In this document: piece after piece, positions 61,765 through 64,000 of the stretch
Layout of the letters: every line of letters begins with the position of its first letter
How positions within the stretch are numbered: the stretch's first letter is position 1
Assembly (NCBI GenBank): GCA_001464765.1
Contig: LNDV01000034.1
Span: 904,671 to 968,670, forward strand
DNA length: 64,000 nt
Direction of reading: 5' to 3'
Source: Betaproteobacteria bacterium Ga0077526
GTDB taxonomy: Bacteria > Pseudomonadota > Gammaproteobacteria > Burkholderiales > Ga0077523
The notes under the pieces: generated by a model
Told to the model about the DNA's origin: nothing
Databases searched by the model: none
What the model saw: only the letters and a program-made list of their open reading frames with translations
Program-made: the position numbers and the translations under genes

Positions 61765-61822
61765 CCCCCCTCCCTGGCACACCGCTTAGCATTCGCGCCT
61801 CCCGTCCCCCCAGGCATGCGCC

Positions 61823-63871
61823 ATGACAACAACACCGGACCGAGCCTGCCTGCTGCTCGCCGCGCTGCTGGTTGCTTCCCCGACCATCACCGAATCTGCC
61901 GACACATCGGCAGCCGGAACGACAGCGACCGGACCCGCGCTTGTCGTCGGCCAGCCCGTGGTCGTTCGTGGCAATGCCACCGGTGTGCTCTCGGCCAGGG
62001 ATGTGCTGACTTCCGTCGACGTGCTGAGCGGCTCGGTCGTGGCGCGCGAGAACGTCGCCAACAGCTGGGAGCTGTTCGGGCATCTACCGGGCACCATGCT
62101 CACCGAGTTCCGCCAGGGCACCACGTCGGGCAAGTTCTCGTTCCGCGGCTTCAACGGCGAAGGCGAGATCAATGCCGTGAAGCTGCTGATCGACGGCATT
62201 CCCAGCAACAGCAACGACGGCAACATGCCGTACATCGATGCGATCTTCCCGCTCGACATCGCATCGATCGAGGCGGTCCGCGGCACGAACGATGCGCGGT
62301 ACGGCCTGCACAACATCGCCGGCAACGCGAACATCGCGACGCGCATCGGCGGTGACTATCTGACGACCCGGGCGAGCTACGGCAGCTTCGCGTCGCGCGA
62401 TGCGCAGTTCGCCGCTGGGATGGAGAACGGCGGCTGGTCGCAGAACTACTTCGTCGGCTATCGGAAGTCCCAGGGCTACCGCGACCATGCCGAGGCCGAG
62501 AAGGCATCGTTTGCGGGCAAGTGGTTCTACGGGCCGGAGGAAGGGCGATATCGCGTCGGTCTGATTGCCCGGCATTACTACATCGATGCCGAAGAGCCCG
62601 GCTATCTGACGGCCCGCGATTCCCGCACCGATCCCACGCGGTCCTACGCTTTCTCTGCCACGGATGGCGGCGAGAGGGAGGTGAACCAGCTCAGCGCGCA
62701 CCTCGATGCAGACCTGGGCAACCGGCTGTCGCTCACCACCAAGGCATACCTGAACCGGTTCGACGATCAGCGCTGGGTGAAATTCTCGGCGGGCGTGTCC
62801 CAGCAGGAGCGCGACACCAACGAATCGCACCAGGGCATCCTCTCCACGCTGACCTACCGGGCGGCCTCGACCTCGACCGGCAGTTTCTCCCTGCAGGCCG
62901 GGTTCAACTACGAGCGCCAGCAGAACACCAGCCTCCGCTTCAACACGAACCAGCGGATCCGCCAGACCCAGACGCGGGCCCAGGACTTCGACTTCGACAA
63001 TGTCGGGGTGTATGTCCAGGGCGTCTTCGAGCCCACCCGGCAGATCAAAGTGATTCCCGCGTATCGCGTGGACAAGGTCTTCGGCGATTTCACCAACGGG
63101 CTAACCGGGCGGACCTTCGCGGTCAACGACTACGGACTCATTCAGCAGCCGAAGCTGAGCGTGGTGTACGCGCCGCTCGACACCATGAGCTTCTACGGCA
63201 ACTGGGGAAAGTCCTTCCAGGTGGGTGTGGGCGCAGCCGCCTACAAGATCACGCGGGTCGACGACCTGAAGCCCTCCATCAATACCGGCTGGGAGTTCGG
63301 CGTGAAGTTCACGCCGGTGCCATGGCTGGATGGACGCGTGGCGCTCTGGCGGCAAGTGGCAACCGACGAGGCGCGCCGCAAGCTGAACGACCCGTCGAAC
63401 GATTCCGAGAACATCGGTCGTACCCGCCGGCAGGGCATCGATCTTCAATTCAGCGCGCGGCCCACAGACCAGGCGACCCTCTGGGCGGCCTACTCGCGCC
63501 AGTATTCGCGGATCGTCCAGGCGGAGACCTCCCTGCCAGCCAGCCAGGGCAAGGAGATTGATCACGTGCCCCACTACCTCTTCGCGAGCGGGGCGGACTT
63601 CGAGGTCACGCCTGTCCTGCGCGTGTCGGCGTGGGTGAACGCTCAAGGCGATTACTACCTCGAGCGGACCAACTCCACGGGTCGGTTCGGGCGGCACTTC
63701 CTCGTCAACCTCGGCGCGGCGTACAAGGCGGCGAAGGACCTGACGCTGGAGTTCCAGGTGCGCAATGTCACCGACCAGTACTACGAGTATGTGTGGCACG
63801 ATGGCACCCAGTCGCTCCACTCGCCGGGCGACAAGCGTGCGTTCTTCGGAGCCGCCACGCTGAACTTCTGA
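61823..63871 (+). CDS. TonB-dependent outer-membrane receptor
   Basis: Signal peptide. Plug motifs FSFRGFNGEGEINAVKLLIDGIP and IEAVRGTNDARYG. C-terminal ...FFGAATLNF. 682 aa. Confidence 0.85.
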   Translation: MTTTPDRACLLLAALLVASPTITESADTSAAGTTATGPALVVGQPVVVRGNATGVLSARDVLTSVDVLSGSVVARENVANSWELFGHLPGTMLTEFRQGTTSGKFSFRGFNGEGEINAVKLLIDGIPSNSNDGNMPYIDAIFPLDIASIEAVRGTNDARYGLHNIAGNANIATRIGGDYLTTRASYGSFASRDAQFAAGMENGGWSQNYFVGYRKSQGYRDHAEAEKASFAGKWFYGPEEGRYRVGLIARHYYIDAEEPGYLTARDSRTDPTRSYAFSATDGGEREVNQLSAHLDADLGNRLSLTTKAYLNRFDDQRWVKFSAGVSQQERDTNESHQGILSTLTYRAASTSTGSFSLQAGFNYERQQNTSLRFNTNQRIRQTQTRAQDFDFDNVGVYVQGVFEPTRQIKVIPAYRVDKVFGDFTNGLTGRTFAVNDYGLIQQPKLSVVYAPLDTMSFYGNWGKSFQVGVGAAAYKITRVDDLKPSINTGWEFGVKFTPVPWLDGRVALWRQVATDEARRKLNDPSNDSENIGRTRRQGIDLQFSARPTDQATLWAAYSRQYSRIVQAETSLPASQGKEIDHVPHYLFASGADFEVTPVLRVSAWVNAQGDYYLERTNSTGRFGRHFLVNLGAAYKAAKDLTLEFQVRNVTDQYYEYVWHDGTQSLHSPGDKRAFFGAATLNF

Positions 63872-64000
63872 CACGACAGAACGCGCGATCGCCACTTCCA
63901 CCAATCCTTCGCCAAGGCGCCGAACGCTCCGCAAGCTCTGGCTTCAGGTGCATCTGTGGCTGGGGCTTTCCGTCGGCTGCGTGTTTGCGCTGCTTGGCCT
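63872..64000 (+). CDS. PepSY-associated TM-helix (PiuB-like) protein, 5' part only; start codon unresolved
   Basis: Frame reads ...RRRTLRKLWLQVHLWLGLSVGCVFALLG, the typical N-terminal motif of this family. Runs off the window. The only canonical start in frame is GTG 63947. Confidence 0.4.

Overview
High-GC (~65%) chromosomal segment that looks like core genome of a betaproteobacterium. This guess rests on synteny: DUF971-ubiE-ubiJ-ubiB, zapA followed by a 6S-like RNA, tkt-gap-pgk-pyk, and purEKC next to a Sua5-type gene. All calls come from motifs read in the supplied translations and from recalled family features; no database search was run. Left to right: ntrY (cut by the window edge) and ntrX, a central-carbon cluster (tkt, glk, gap, pgk, pyk), purE/purK/purC, a Sua5/TsaC-type gene, an SbtA/SbtB-like module followed by a 67-aa unknown and a Rieske protein, an orphan LivK-type binding protein, dadA, an MFS transporter, a TauE permease, an EVE-domain protein and a ParE/RHH toxin-antitoxin pair. 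Then an OM beta-barrel, a fused SoxYZ-like carrier with two multihaem cytochromes c, the 6S-like RNA, zapA and a coiled-coil partner, msbA, polA, a LOG-family protein, thrB, uvrD and a CbbR-like LysR regulator. Then DUF4197, YqaA, a 1284-aa DUF3683/FAD/Fe-S fusion with a HIT protein, phoR/phoB, an M1 peptidase with a ChaN-PDZ protein, the ubi genes, an OprP-type porin, potABCD, a secreted unknown, a MalT-type STAND ATPase with a C-terminal SARP module, and a TonB-dependent receptor with the start of a PepSY-type protein. I saw no transposase, integrase, CRISPR array, tRNA or rRNA. Items most worth a second look: the SbtA-SbtB-67aa-Rieske operon, the stand-alone SoxYZ-cytochrome cluster, an AT-rich island followed by an orphan intrinsic terminator upstream of DUF4197 (candidate sRNA or leader), the STAND-SARP regulator, and an apparently leaderless promoter for the zapA/6S operon. 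Many long ORFs in the six-frame track are antisense or alternative-frame artefacts of high GC and were not called.
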